The notes under the pieces: generated by a model | The model's input: the letters and a program-made list of their open reading frames with translations, nothing else | The model's database searches: none | Told to the model about the DNA's origin: nothing | NCBI GenBank assembly: GCA_043732305.1 | Contig: JAYTHU010000013.1 | Span: forward strand, 1 to 19,559 | Length of the DNA: 19,559 nucleotides | Reading direction: 5' to 3' | Origin: Oligoflexia bacterium | Lineage (GTDB): Bacteria; Bdellovibrionota; Bdellovibrionia; JABDDW01 | Part shown: positions 1 to 7,605 of the stretch, piece by piece | How the letters are laid out: every line of letters begins with the position of its first letter | Position numbering within the stretch: position 1 is the first letter of the stretch | Translations under genes and position numbers: made by a program

Positions 1-2
1 GA

Positions 3-437
3 CCATTGGCTTTACAAAGTTCTTTTGTGACCACGTCATTTTGGAAAATGCAGGTCGATGACAACGCTGTTTTGACCGTCAGTGATGGAAAAAAATGGGC
101 CACATTTCATGTGAGTTGTACCGAATGGAAAAACACATTCAGCATGGAACTTTATGGTCGCACCGGAAAAATTCTAATCAATGGACTTGGCGGGAGCTAT
201 GGCAAAGAGACCTTAACATATTACAAAATGTCTCCTGAGATGGGGCCACCTACCTCTGAAGTGTTTGAATTCGATGCTCCAGATAAATCGTGGGAACTCG
301 ATCTGAAAAATTTAACTGATCATCTGGAAAAAGGAACGCCTCTTTGGGGTGACATCAAATCTGCAATTTATGCGATGACCCAGGTTCGCGAAGCTTATCG
401 CACCAATGGTTTCACAAAGCTCCCATGCAGTGTTTAA
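3..437 (+). CDS. Gfo/Idh/MocA-family oxidoreductase, C-terminal part (5'-truncated by window edge)
   Basis: The frame is open from position 3. The segment 'VDDNAVLT...ATFHVSCTEWKNTFSMELYGRTGKILINGLGGSYG' fits the C-terminal beta-sheet of Gfo/Idh/MocA enzymes found in sugar-nucleotide clusters. It overlaps the next gene by 13 nt. Confidence 0.75.
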   Translation, partial: PLALQSSFVTTSFWKMQVDDNAVLTVSDGKKWATFHVSCTEWKNTFSMELYGRTGKILINGLGGSYGKETLTYYKMSPEMGPPTSEVFEFDAPDKSWELDLKNLTDHLEKGTPLWGDIKSAIYAMTQVREAYRTNGFTKLPCSV

Positions 438-1159
438 TTCTCGCCGGAGGTCTCGGCACTCGCATAAAATCGATCGCTGGTGACACACCAAAGGCACTCA
501 TCCCCATCGGGCCGCAAACTTTTATCGACTGGCAATTGCAATGGCTCAAAGCCCTTGGAGTGACAGATGTCGTGATGGCGTTAGGTCATGGCAGCGAGCA
601 GATTGTGGAACACATTGAAAAAAAGCAAACTGCCAGCACTTATCCACAGGTAAATTATTCTTTCGATGGGCCGGAACTTCTGGGTACGGGTGGCGCAGTC
701 AAAAATGCCCAGGCCAAGCTTAGCAAAGATTTTATTGTCACTTACGGTGACACTGTCGTTTTTCTAAGCGTCAAAAAACTCATCGAGACACATATTCAAA
801 ACGGGAAATCTGTGACTCTCACCATCATCAGAAATAAAAATGAAGGTGATAAGAGCAATGTTATTGTCAGAGACGGGCAAATAGAAATTTATGATAAATT
901 TAATCTAGTGCCCGAAATGGAATTTATTGATTATGGAATTTCTGTTGTTAATAAAAAATATTTCCTCGAAAATACTCCGGAAGGAAAGTTTGATTACGCG
1001 ACTTTTCTAACCGAAACATCTCTCAAGAAAGATATGACCGCTTTTACTGCGCCTAAACTTTTTCAAGAGATCGGATCAATCAAAGGGTATGAAATGTTTT
1101 GCAATACCCTCAAAAATGTCGACTACGACCTTTCTCGCCTTCTTTCCGTTTATATTTAA
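425..1159 (+). CDS. Sugar-1-phosphate nucleotidyltransferase (HddC-like heptose-1-P guanylyltransferase family)
   Basis: Motifs ILAGGLGTRI...TPKALIPI, LGTGGAV and YGD are present. It is a 244-aa single domain, and gmhA is nearby. Confidence 0.85.
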   Translation: MQCLILAGGLGTRIKSIAGDTPKALIPIGPQTFIDWQLQWLKALGVTDVVMALGHGSEQIVEHIEKKQTASTYPQVNYSFDGPELLGTGGAVKNAQAKLSKDFIVTYGDTVVFLSVKKLIETHIQNGKSVTLTIIRNKNEGDKSNVIVRDGQIEIYDKFNLVPEMEFIDYGISVVNKKYFLENTPEGKFDYATFLTETSLKKDMTAFTAPKLFQEIGSIKGYEMFCNTLKNVDYDLSRLLSVYI

Positions 1160-1229
1160 TTGCAATCTAGGAGTTGATTTTACCTTGTAAAGGAGTAAAG
1201 TTTTCTTAAACCCTAACTAAGGAGCTATC

Positions 1230-1646
1230 GTGAAAAAGTTTTTGATGCTTGCACTACTAGTCTTGATTCCCGCTTCAATGGCCATTGCTGCCGATGGATT
1301 TAAACTCATCGATGCTAAACAATTAGCCGCTGAAATGAAAACTCAGAAAACAGGTTTGTATATCTACGATGCAAATACTGATAAAACGCGCAAATCTGAT
1401 GGAATTATTCCCGGAGCAAAAACTTTGGCTGCTACCGATTATGATGCCAAAATCGTTTTGCCCCCTGACTCCGAAAAATCCACAGCTAGTTTGGTTTTCT
1501 ATTGCGTCAACACCAAATGCATGGCGTCTCACGAAGCCGCTGCCAACGCTGTTAAAGCTGGCTTTAAAAATGTCGCTGTCATGAGTCAAGGGATTGAAGG
1601 TTGGAAGAAAGCCGGTCAGCCCACCGCCACATGGAAAGCCAACTAA
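1230..1646 (+). CDS. Exported rhodanese-like domain protein
   Basis: AAGGAG RBS before a GTG start and a signal peptide (MKKFLMLALLVLIPASMAIA). Rhodanese motifs: IIPGA, active loop FYCVNTKCMAS, GF.NV, and GIEGW..AG. Confidence 0.88.
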   Translation: MKKFLMLALLVLIPASMAIAADGFKLIDAKQLAAEMKTQKTGLYIYDANTDKTRKSDGIIPGAKTLAATDYDAKIVLPPDSEKSTASLVFYCVNTKCMASHEAAANAVKAGFKNVAVMSQGIEGWKKAGQPTATWKAN

Positions 1647-1709
1647 AAGGTACCAAAAGGTAGGATGCGGGGGGCGCTCGTCTTAATTTTATTAGCAATA
1701 CCGCGTCAG

Positions 1710-1740
1710 AAATCCCGATCCAAAAGATCGGGATTTTTTT
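1710..1740. terminator. Intrinsic terminator between the convergent rhodanese and gmhA genes
   Basis: An 11-bp perfect stem AAATCCCGATC-caaaa-GATCGGGATTT is followed by a T-run. The A-rich 5' arm allows use on both strands. Confidence 0.85.
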
Positions 1741-1743
1741 GCT

Positions 1744-2337
1744 TTAAATTTTTCGTTTTTCGGTCAGAAATTGGGCGAGGGTGTGCATTATCATCTGATG
1801 AGCGTCTTCAACGATTCCGTAATTAGCAATCGGAACGTGGATTGCGACATCGGAGGCCTGCTGAAGTTTTCCGCCTGAAAATCCGGTCAGTCCAATAACC
1901 GTAATTTTCATTTCTCGAGCCATCTCAGCAGCACGCAAAATATTCGGGCTGTTTCCAGAGGAAGAAATCAAAACTAAAACATCGTCTGCTTTTCCCATCA
2001 TTTCAAGTTGCGCGGAGAAGCTTTGCTCAAAACCGAGATCATTTGCAACGGCAGTAAGCATCGAAGTGTTTGCAGAAAGCGAATGTGTCATCAGTGGTTT
2101 TTGCCCACGCGCAAACGTCCCTTTGGTCCAGTCGCAGCAAAGGTGATTGGCAATTGCGGCGGAACCACCATTACCAGCAACAAAAACTTGCGCTCCTGAT
2201 TCAATCGCTTTAAGCAAAATTGAAAGTGCCGAATCTATTTTCGAGCCATCGACTTTGTCCAAAGTCTCACTTAAATTTTTTCGGTATTGCCCAAAATATT
2301 CGGATGCAGACGCTGCTTTGAGAGATTTGATTTCCAT
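1744..2337 (-). CDS. gmhA: D-sedoheptulose-7-phosphate isomerase (SIS domain)
   Basis: Motifs GNGGSAAIANH, LTAVAND, ISSSGNSPNI, GLTGFSGG and VEDAH. Confidence 0.85.
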   Translation of the reverse strand: MEIKSLKAASASEYFGQYRKNLSETLDKVDGSKIDSALSILLKAIESGAQVFVAGNGGSAAIANHLCCDWTKGTFARGQKPLMTHSLSANTSMLTAVANDLGFEQSFSAQLEMMGKADDVLVLISSSGNSPNILRAAEMAREMKITVIGLTGFSGGKLQQASDVAIHVPIANYGIVEDAHQMIMHTLAQFLTEKRKI

Positions 2338-2393
2338 CTGTATTAAATAGCAATAAACGCGACGAGTGTAAAGCGAGGGGAAAGTCTCTAAAA

Positions 2394-3251
2394 TCAGAAA
2401 TTGTTAAGATTGAAATTAGGGTCGAGTGCCGGGGGAGCTGTCATCTGGCCATTTCCCTGAGCAGCAGCAGGTGTTTGGGAAGGAGTTGCCGTTGACTGCG
2501 GTGACGGAGTAGCCGCGGAATCACCCGAAGAATTTGTAGCCGCGGAAGACTTGCCCGCATGAGGTTGTCCCTCGGCATCATCTGGCACAATGTCATTGGC
2601 TTCGGGCACAAGACGGTTGGCATCTAACCTAGAGTTCACGTCTAGACCTACTTGACCTGTCTTTAAAGTTTTCTTGTCTATCTCGACGTAACTATCTCCG
2701 AATTTAAACTGATATTTAGAGGATGGCTGAGGGACAAAAACCAGAGATTTATTTAAGTTTGAGAGTGTGAAGTCTCGACCACCATGCTCCCAGCTCTCAG
2801 CGTTATTCTCATTATAAATAGTCTCTCGCAATTGAGTCCAATTTTTCTGAATGTGCAGAAGCAGCTGTTGCTTTGCTATTTTTTTCGCCATATCAATCGG
2901 TTTTCCGCGCATGAGATCTTGATAAAGATCGAGCTTTGATTTTGCACTTATTTTGCGATTGAAACCCCAAAACGCTTCATCAACCTCATCCAAATAACTT
3001 TGGAGAAGAGGTGAATTCTCGAGCTGGTTGTTTTTCATTTCAAAAAATTTCTTCGAATTAAAAAGACGTAAATGAATGAGATCGCGTTTAGTGGCGATCT
3101 CAAGTTTGCTCATGGAGAGGTCGCGACTGCGATCAATCTCTTCAACAGTCCGCAAGGGGTTCGAAATCCTGAAAGTCACAGGATTGCTCTGGAATGCCCA
3201 GGCCGGAATGGCAGCTAAAATAAGGATAAGGACCAAACTTCTGTTTTTCAT
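2394..3251 (-). CDS. Secreted hypothetical protein with Ser/Thr/Pro/Ala-rich C-terminal tail
   Basis: Long ORF. The start is re-placed to ATG 3251 (or 3260), which gives the signal peptide MKNRSLVLILILAAIPAWA. The tail SSAATNSSGDSAATPSPQSTATPSQTP is low complexity. Confidence 0.75.
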   Translation of the reverse strand: MKNRSLVLILILAAIPAWAFQSNPVTFRISNPLRTVEEIDRSRDLSMSKLEIATKRDLIHLRLFNSKKFFEMKNNQLENSPLLQSYLDEVDEAFWGFNRKISAKSKLDLYQDLMRGKPIDMAKKIAKQQLLLHIQKNWTQLRETIYNENNAESWEHGGRDFTLSNLNKSLVFVPQPSSKYQFKFGDSYVEIDKKTLKTGQVGLDVNSRLDANRLVPEANDIVPDDAEGQPHAGKSSAATNSSGDSAATPSPQSTATPSQTPAAAQGNGQMTAPPALDPNFNLNNF

Positions 3252-3379
3252 CTCATTCATACCTAATACAAAACCTATACCGCCTAGGATCGAATATATC
3301 AAAGATAAAAGGGGCTTAGCGGCGTTTGTGAGGTGGCTGTGCCACTTCTAGGCATGCCCGATGTCACTAAATAGACGAT

Positions 3380-3955
3380 TTATAGATTTTCCCGAATCAC
3401 TTTGACGATGATATCTGCGGAATCAGCATTGGGTAAAGAGGCGCGAACTAATCCACGATGATTGAGTAAGTAAATGCGATTCGAATGACTGATGCTGTCT
3501 CCATCTATGGAGTAGCGCGATCCCATCGAGCTGACAATCGCGTCAATCTGCGCTCTAGGCGCAGAGAGCCCGATAAATCCAGGATAAAATTGCTGCACAT
3601 AATTTGTAGCTAGTTTTGCGTTGTCGTTGGCCGAGTCGAGATCGAGAAATAGAAAGCGGATTCGAGATAACTCGTCTGTCGTGAGTTTTTTAAACGCTTG
3701 GCCAGCAAAAGAAAGAGTCATTGGGCAAAGGTCTGGGCAGCGAGTGTAGCCCATGTAAAGTAGATTTAAATCTTTCGCGTCATCTTGGTAATTCCATGGT
3801 CCACTCGCGCTTATCGCACTGAATGGTCCACCAAGCACTTGCTGAGCTTTCCAAAAATCAAAATGAATGCTTAGGGCAATGGCGATCGCAAATGGGAGAA
3901 TTATCGATGCGCCGAAGTAGATTTTTTTTTTCTTTTTGTTTTTTGAATGCTTCAT
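3380..3955 (-). CDS. SCO1/SenC family copper chaperone
   Basis: N-terminal TM anchor, GYTRCPDLCP (CxxxC), and the conserved His in SISHSNRIYLL. Confidence 0.9.
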   Translation of the reverse strand: MKHSKNKKKKKIYFGASIILPFAIAIALSIHFDFWKAQQVLGGPFSAISASGPWNYQDDAKDLNLLYMGYTRCPDLCPMTLSFAGQAFKKLTTDELSRIRFLFLDLDSANDNAKLATNYVQQFYPGFIGLSAPRAQIDAIVSSMGSRYSIDGDSISHSNRIYLLNHRGLVRASLPNADSADIIVKVIRENL

Positions 3956-4020
3956 GTTGTATTTTAATATAGTTCAATTTCAGCACAATGTTCAATTGAT
4001 TTCGCCTTGGAGGATTTCGA

Positions 4021-4491
4021 GTGCGTAAAAATCTTTTTTTCGTTTTAATTTTAGCCGGATCTTCTGTGATCGCGTGCAACTCAAGCAAGCCGCAAAATGT
4101 GCAAGACAGTGAGCTGCGAATCGCTGCGCAGGAAGGCGAAAATTGGAATTCCACCGCTCGGGATGTGGATTTTGATTTTGCACAAACTTGGCCACGTGCA
4201 AATAACGGAAAGAAAATAAAATCAGCACGCTGGCAGGGGTGGATTAGGCCGCCGGTGAGCGGAACATATAAATTTAAATCTCAATCCACTTCCGTAGATC
4301 TGACAATTAGAAAGACAATCGTCATTGGTCCGGGACTAGTTGCAGGCAGATTTTATCCTGCCGATATGTCGGCTAATGCGAATGAAAGCGGTATAGGAAA
4401 GGTGACGTTGGAGTGGAGCACTCCCTACGGCGCAACCTACGTGATTCCGCATACAATGCTATTCTTGCCGAACGATATGGCTGCAAAGTGA
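4021..4491 (+). CDS. Lipoprotein with a minimal PA14 domain
   Basis: GGAGG RBS before a GTG start and lipobox VIA-C. PA14 signatures: SARWQGWIRPPVSGTYKF, LVAGRFYP, LEWSTP...VIP..L. Confidence 0.75.
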   Translation: MRKNLFFVLILAGSSVIACNSSKPQNVQDSELRIAAQEGENWNSTARDVDFDFAQTWPRANNGKKIKSARWQGWIRPPVSGTYKFKSQSTSVDLTIRKTIVIGPGLVAGRFYPADMSANANESGIGKVTLEWSTPYGATYVIPHTMLFLPNDMAAK

Positions 4492-5483
4492 GCAATGTTT
4501 CGATGGTGAAAAAAAATATTATTAAATGGAATCGCTTTCTAGTTCTTGTCCGCGAATTTTTCAATGATCAGAAATTCATAGAAATCCGCACGCCCACATT
4601 GGTGGTGAGTCCTGGCCTAGAGCCGTTTCTTGACCCCTTCGAGACAGAATTTGTGGCAGGCTCGAGGAGAGAAAAACTTTATTTACCTACCAGCCCCGAA
4701 TTCCATTTAAAAAAAGCACTGTGTATCGGTTTTAAAAATATTTTCGAACTCAAGGAATGTTTCCGCAACGGAGAAGTTGGTGATCATCATCAACCAGAAT
4801 TTATGATGCTCGAATGGTATCGGGCGGGTAAGACTGAAAAATCGATCAGCCCCAAACTTCTTTTTGAAGACATACAAAATCTCTTTGATTTTCTTTCTAA
4901 GAAATTAAAACGACCCCGGGTTAAAATCAAAATTTATAAAATGGAAGATATTTGGCTAGAGTTTTTGGATTTCAAGCTTACTCCTTACACCACCACTGAG
5001 GATCTTAAAAATCTCTGTGCCAAGTACAATGACTTGAAATTCGACTTTGAAAAAGAAAATGACTTCGATGACCTATTTAATCAAATTTGGTTAGATAAGA
5101 TCGAATCAAAATTAGAGAAAATAAAAGTTCCCGTGATTATTTGCCATTACCCGCCATCACAAGCGGCGCTGGCCAAACTCACCTCTGATGGTTGGGCCGA
5201 CCGTTTTGAGCTTTACTGGAAAGGTTTGGAACTCGCCAATGCTTTTCACGAGCTGAATGATTCTAAAGAGCAAAGACGCCGGTTTGTGAAGGATCAAGAA
5301 AAAAAACGTGATCTAGGAAAACCAGTGGTTCCTATCGACGAAGAATTTATGGATTACCTCGAACAAGGGATGCCTCCCGCGGTAGGAATTGCCCTAGGGG
5401 TTGAAAGGTTGTTTATGGCTTTTGAAAATGTTAAGAATATTTCTGACCTTAGACTTTTCCCTTTCAAGGATCTCTCTCGATGA
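4488..5483 (+). CDS. epmA: EF-P lysine aminoacylase (LysRS2 paralog, GenX/PoxA)
   Basis: Motifs YLPTSPEFHLKK, FRNGE..HHQPEF.MLEWYR, RFELY..GLELANAFHEL and GMPP..GIALGVERL, with no anticodon-binding domain. The probable start is GTG 4488 (GTGA overlap) or ATG 4503, rather than 4413. Confidence 0.92.
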   Translation: MSNVSMVKKNIIKWNRFLVLVREFFNDQKFIEIRTPTLVVSPGLEPFLDPFETEFVAGSRREKLYLPTSPEFHLKKALCIGFKNIFELKECFRNGEVGDHHQPEFMMLEWYRAGKTEKSISPKLLFEDIQNLFDFLSKKLKRPRVKIKIYKMEDIWLEFLDFKLTPYTTTEDLKNLCAKYNDLKFDFEKENDFDDLFNQIWLDKIESKLEKIKVPVIICHYPPSQAALAKLTSDGWADRFELYWKGLELANAFHELNDSKEQRRRFVKDQEKKRDLGKPVVPIDEEFMDYLEQGMPPAVGIALGVERLFMAFENVKNISDLRLFPFKDLSR

Positions 5484-5899
5484 AAAATATGAAATCTAAA
5501 TTAGATGAGTATCTAAAAAATAATAAGATCCGTCAGTCCAAAACTAGGGACAGGTTTTTTGAATTGTTCCAGAGTTTTCCTCATCACGTGGAACTTTCTG
5601 AACTTCTGACTCAGGCAAAGAAAAACAAGATCGCGGAAGCTTCGGTTTACCGATCTTTAAAGCTTTTATTGGACGCCGATTTAGTGAGTAAGGTTCAAGG
5701 GGCGGGCGGCAAAACATTTTACGAATTATCCAAGGCCCATCACGATCACATGATCTGCCTCAACTGCGGAAAAATAATTGAATTCCAAAGTCCTCAAATC
5801 GAAAAACTACAGAACGAAGTAGCCAAAAAAGCAGGCTTTAAAATCGAATCACACGTCCATGAACTCTACGGCTACTGCTCAGACTGCCCAAAAAATTAA
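5480..5899 (+). CDS. fur: Fur-family transcriptional regulator
   Basis: ASVYRSL helix, HHDHMICLNCG, and C-terminal LYGYCSDC. ATGA overlap with epmA. Confidence 0.9.
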   Translation: MKNMKSKLDEYLKNNKIRQSKTRDRFFELFQSFPHHVELSELLTQAKKNKIAEASVYRSLKLLLDADLVSKVQGAGGKTFYELSKAHHDHMICLNCGKIIEFQSPQIEKLQNEVAKKAGFKIESHVHELYGYCSDCPKN

Positions 5900-5948
5900 A
5901 AATCCGCTCTCGCGAGAGATTGCAGACTTTTCGCCTCTTGATTAGAAT

Positions 5949-6227
5949 TTACTTTTTGTTGACGTCGTCTTTGAGTTCTTTGCCGACTTTAAAAAATGGA
6001 AGTTTCTTTTGTTCGACATTTATCACTTCGCCGGTGCGAGGATTGCGACCTTTGTAAGCATCGTATTGTCTGTTGACGAAAGATCCGAATCCTCGAATTT
6101 CAATTCGATGATCTTTCATGAGAGCATCAACCATTGAATCAAAAATCGTGTTGACCACTGTTTCTGCCTTCACTCTGGTGATGTTGGCCTTCTCAGCGAT
6201 TTTATTGATTAAATCAGCTTTTGTCAT
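5949..6227 (-). CDS. ihfB: HU/IHF family DNA-binding protein, IHF-beta-like
   Basis: Motifs MTKADLI, RIEIRGFGSF, GRNPRTGE and PFFKVGKELK. AAGGAG RBS. Confidence 0.85.
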   Translation of the reverse strand: MTKADLINKIAEKANITRVKAETVVNTIFDSMVDALMKDHRIEIRGFGSFVNRQYDAYKGRNPRTGEVINVEQKKLPFFKVGKELKDDVNKK

Positions 6228-6282
6228 TCCGCTCTCCTTACATCAATCATACTAGGCCGTGCCTGCGATTCAACTACTTTTT

Positions 6283-7578
6283 TCAAATACTACGATCATC
6301 AGGCACAATATGCGCATAATAGCGCTGACTCATGTAGGCAATGACGGCGAGCCAAAACAAAAACAGGTGTAAAACAACACCTTCGCCAAAATTCCAGTGG
6401 GTCAGTCCTCCTACATGGAAGGAAACTTGAGCGCCAAGGGCGGCTAGCACAAAAACTTTATGCCAATAATGAGTGCTTGGAACGCTGGCGAGAAGTCTGA
6501 TGGTCATAAGCAGGAACGCGAGGATAAATAGCATGTAACTTGCAAATCCAAGTAGTCCAGTGGTCGCCAGAAATTCAATGTAGTTTGACTGCGCATGTCC
6601 GATGGGTCCATTGGTGATGCCGAGTCTTTGATAGTAGGGTGCGATTAAATTTTCATTTTGCTTAAACCCGACGCCAATCCAAGGATGATCTTTGAACATT
6701 TCTAGATTAGCTTCCCAGAGGAGTCTTCGTTCTTCACTGCGCTGAGTATTTTCAGAAAATATTTGAACTAATTTTGCGTGCACGGGCGCGTTCACTTTAT
6801 ACATAAGTCCTAATCCCACACCCAAAACCAAAACTATGGAAATTAGCGCTTTGCGACTCACAAATACGGCCATCACTGGCAGAGTCACTATCAGTCCAAT
6901 CCAAGCTCCGCGTCCGTAAGTGAACATCACCGCTGCCGCAATAACGCAAAAACTGAAAAGGCAAAGCAGACGCTGCCACCATTCCTGCTTGCCACTTAAA
7001 AGAAATGCAGCCCATGGGAGACAGGCGATCATCATAAAAGAATGTGCAAAGTTCAATCGATTGCTAAAAAATCCAATCGCAGGGAAAACGCTTTGGTTTT
7101 CATCAAGGGTCACTTGCTGAATGATCGAGTTGTGAAGCAAATCTTGTCCCGTGAAATGTTGCCAAATTGCATAGCATGCAACCAGCATCGCCATGACAAA
7201 AAGGGTCAAGAAAATTCCATTCAGATTTTTAACAAGTTGAAAACTGTAAGTGAGAAAAAAGAGCAACACAAAAAGGCGCAAACTCCCTAGAGCGGAAATA
7301 ATATCTCCATGGGAAGCGTTTATAAATAATCCCGCAAAAACCACGAGCATAAATATTAATAATGGGAATTCAATTCCTAAAGTATGCAGCTCAAGTTTCT
7401 TCTTTTTACAAGTCCGATCCATCAAGCAGACAAAAACTACGAAGGCGCCGATGACAACACTGGCAATTTCCATTCCGGCCATCGACGTGCTTAGGGATAT
7501 GGCATAGACGTAAACAAAGAAAATCACTATTTGAGAGAATGCGGCACGGAGCCGTGGGGACCAAGTTGCATTTGACAT
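6283..7578 (-). CDS. O-antigen ligase (WaaL/Wzy_C) family membrane protein
   Basis: Many TM segments. T.GRGAWIG; a periplasmic loop with R..LW...LEMFKDHPWIGVG; and GHAQSNYIEFLATTGLLG. Confidence 0.88.
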   Translation of the reverse strand: MSNATWSPRLRAAFSQIVIFFVYVYAISLSTSMAGMEIASVVIGAFVVFVCLMDRTCKKKKLELHTLGIEFPLLIFMLVVFAGLFINASHGDIISALGSLRLFVLLFFLTYSFQLVKNLNGIFLTLFVMAMLVACYAIWQHFTGQDLLHNSIIQQVTLDENQSVFPAIGFFSNRLNFAHSFMMIACLPWAAFLLSGKQEWWQRLLCLFSFCVIAAAVMFTYGRGAWIGLIVTLPVMAVFVSRKALISIVLVLGVGLGLMYKVNAPVHAKLVQIFSENTQRSEERRLLWEANLEMFKDHPWIGVGFKQNENLIAPYYQRLGITNGPIGHAQSNYIEFLATTGLLGFASYMLFILAFLLMTIRLLASVPSTHYWHKVFVLAALGAQVSFHVGGLTHWNFGEGVVLHLFLFWLAVIAYMSQRYYAHIVPDDRSI

Positions 7579-7605
7579 TGAAGTTGACCCTTGCAGATTT
7601 TCTTT

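Noticed and set aside
4413..4487. Extended N-terminus of epmA in the ORF track
   Set aside because: It overlaps the conserved C-terminus of the PA14 gene. The GTGA overlap at 4488 or ATG 4503 is a more plausible start.
5907..5918. Perfect palindrome CTCTCGCGAGAG between convergent fur and ihfB
   Set aside because: The stem is short and has no U-tract, so it is too weak to call a terminator or operator.
6250..6266. AGGCACGGCCTAGTA upstream of ihfB (- strand) as a sigma54 promoter
   Set aside because: The -24 half is good, but there is no GC at the -12 position.
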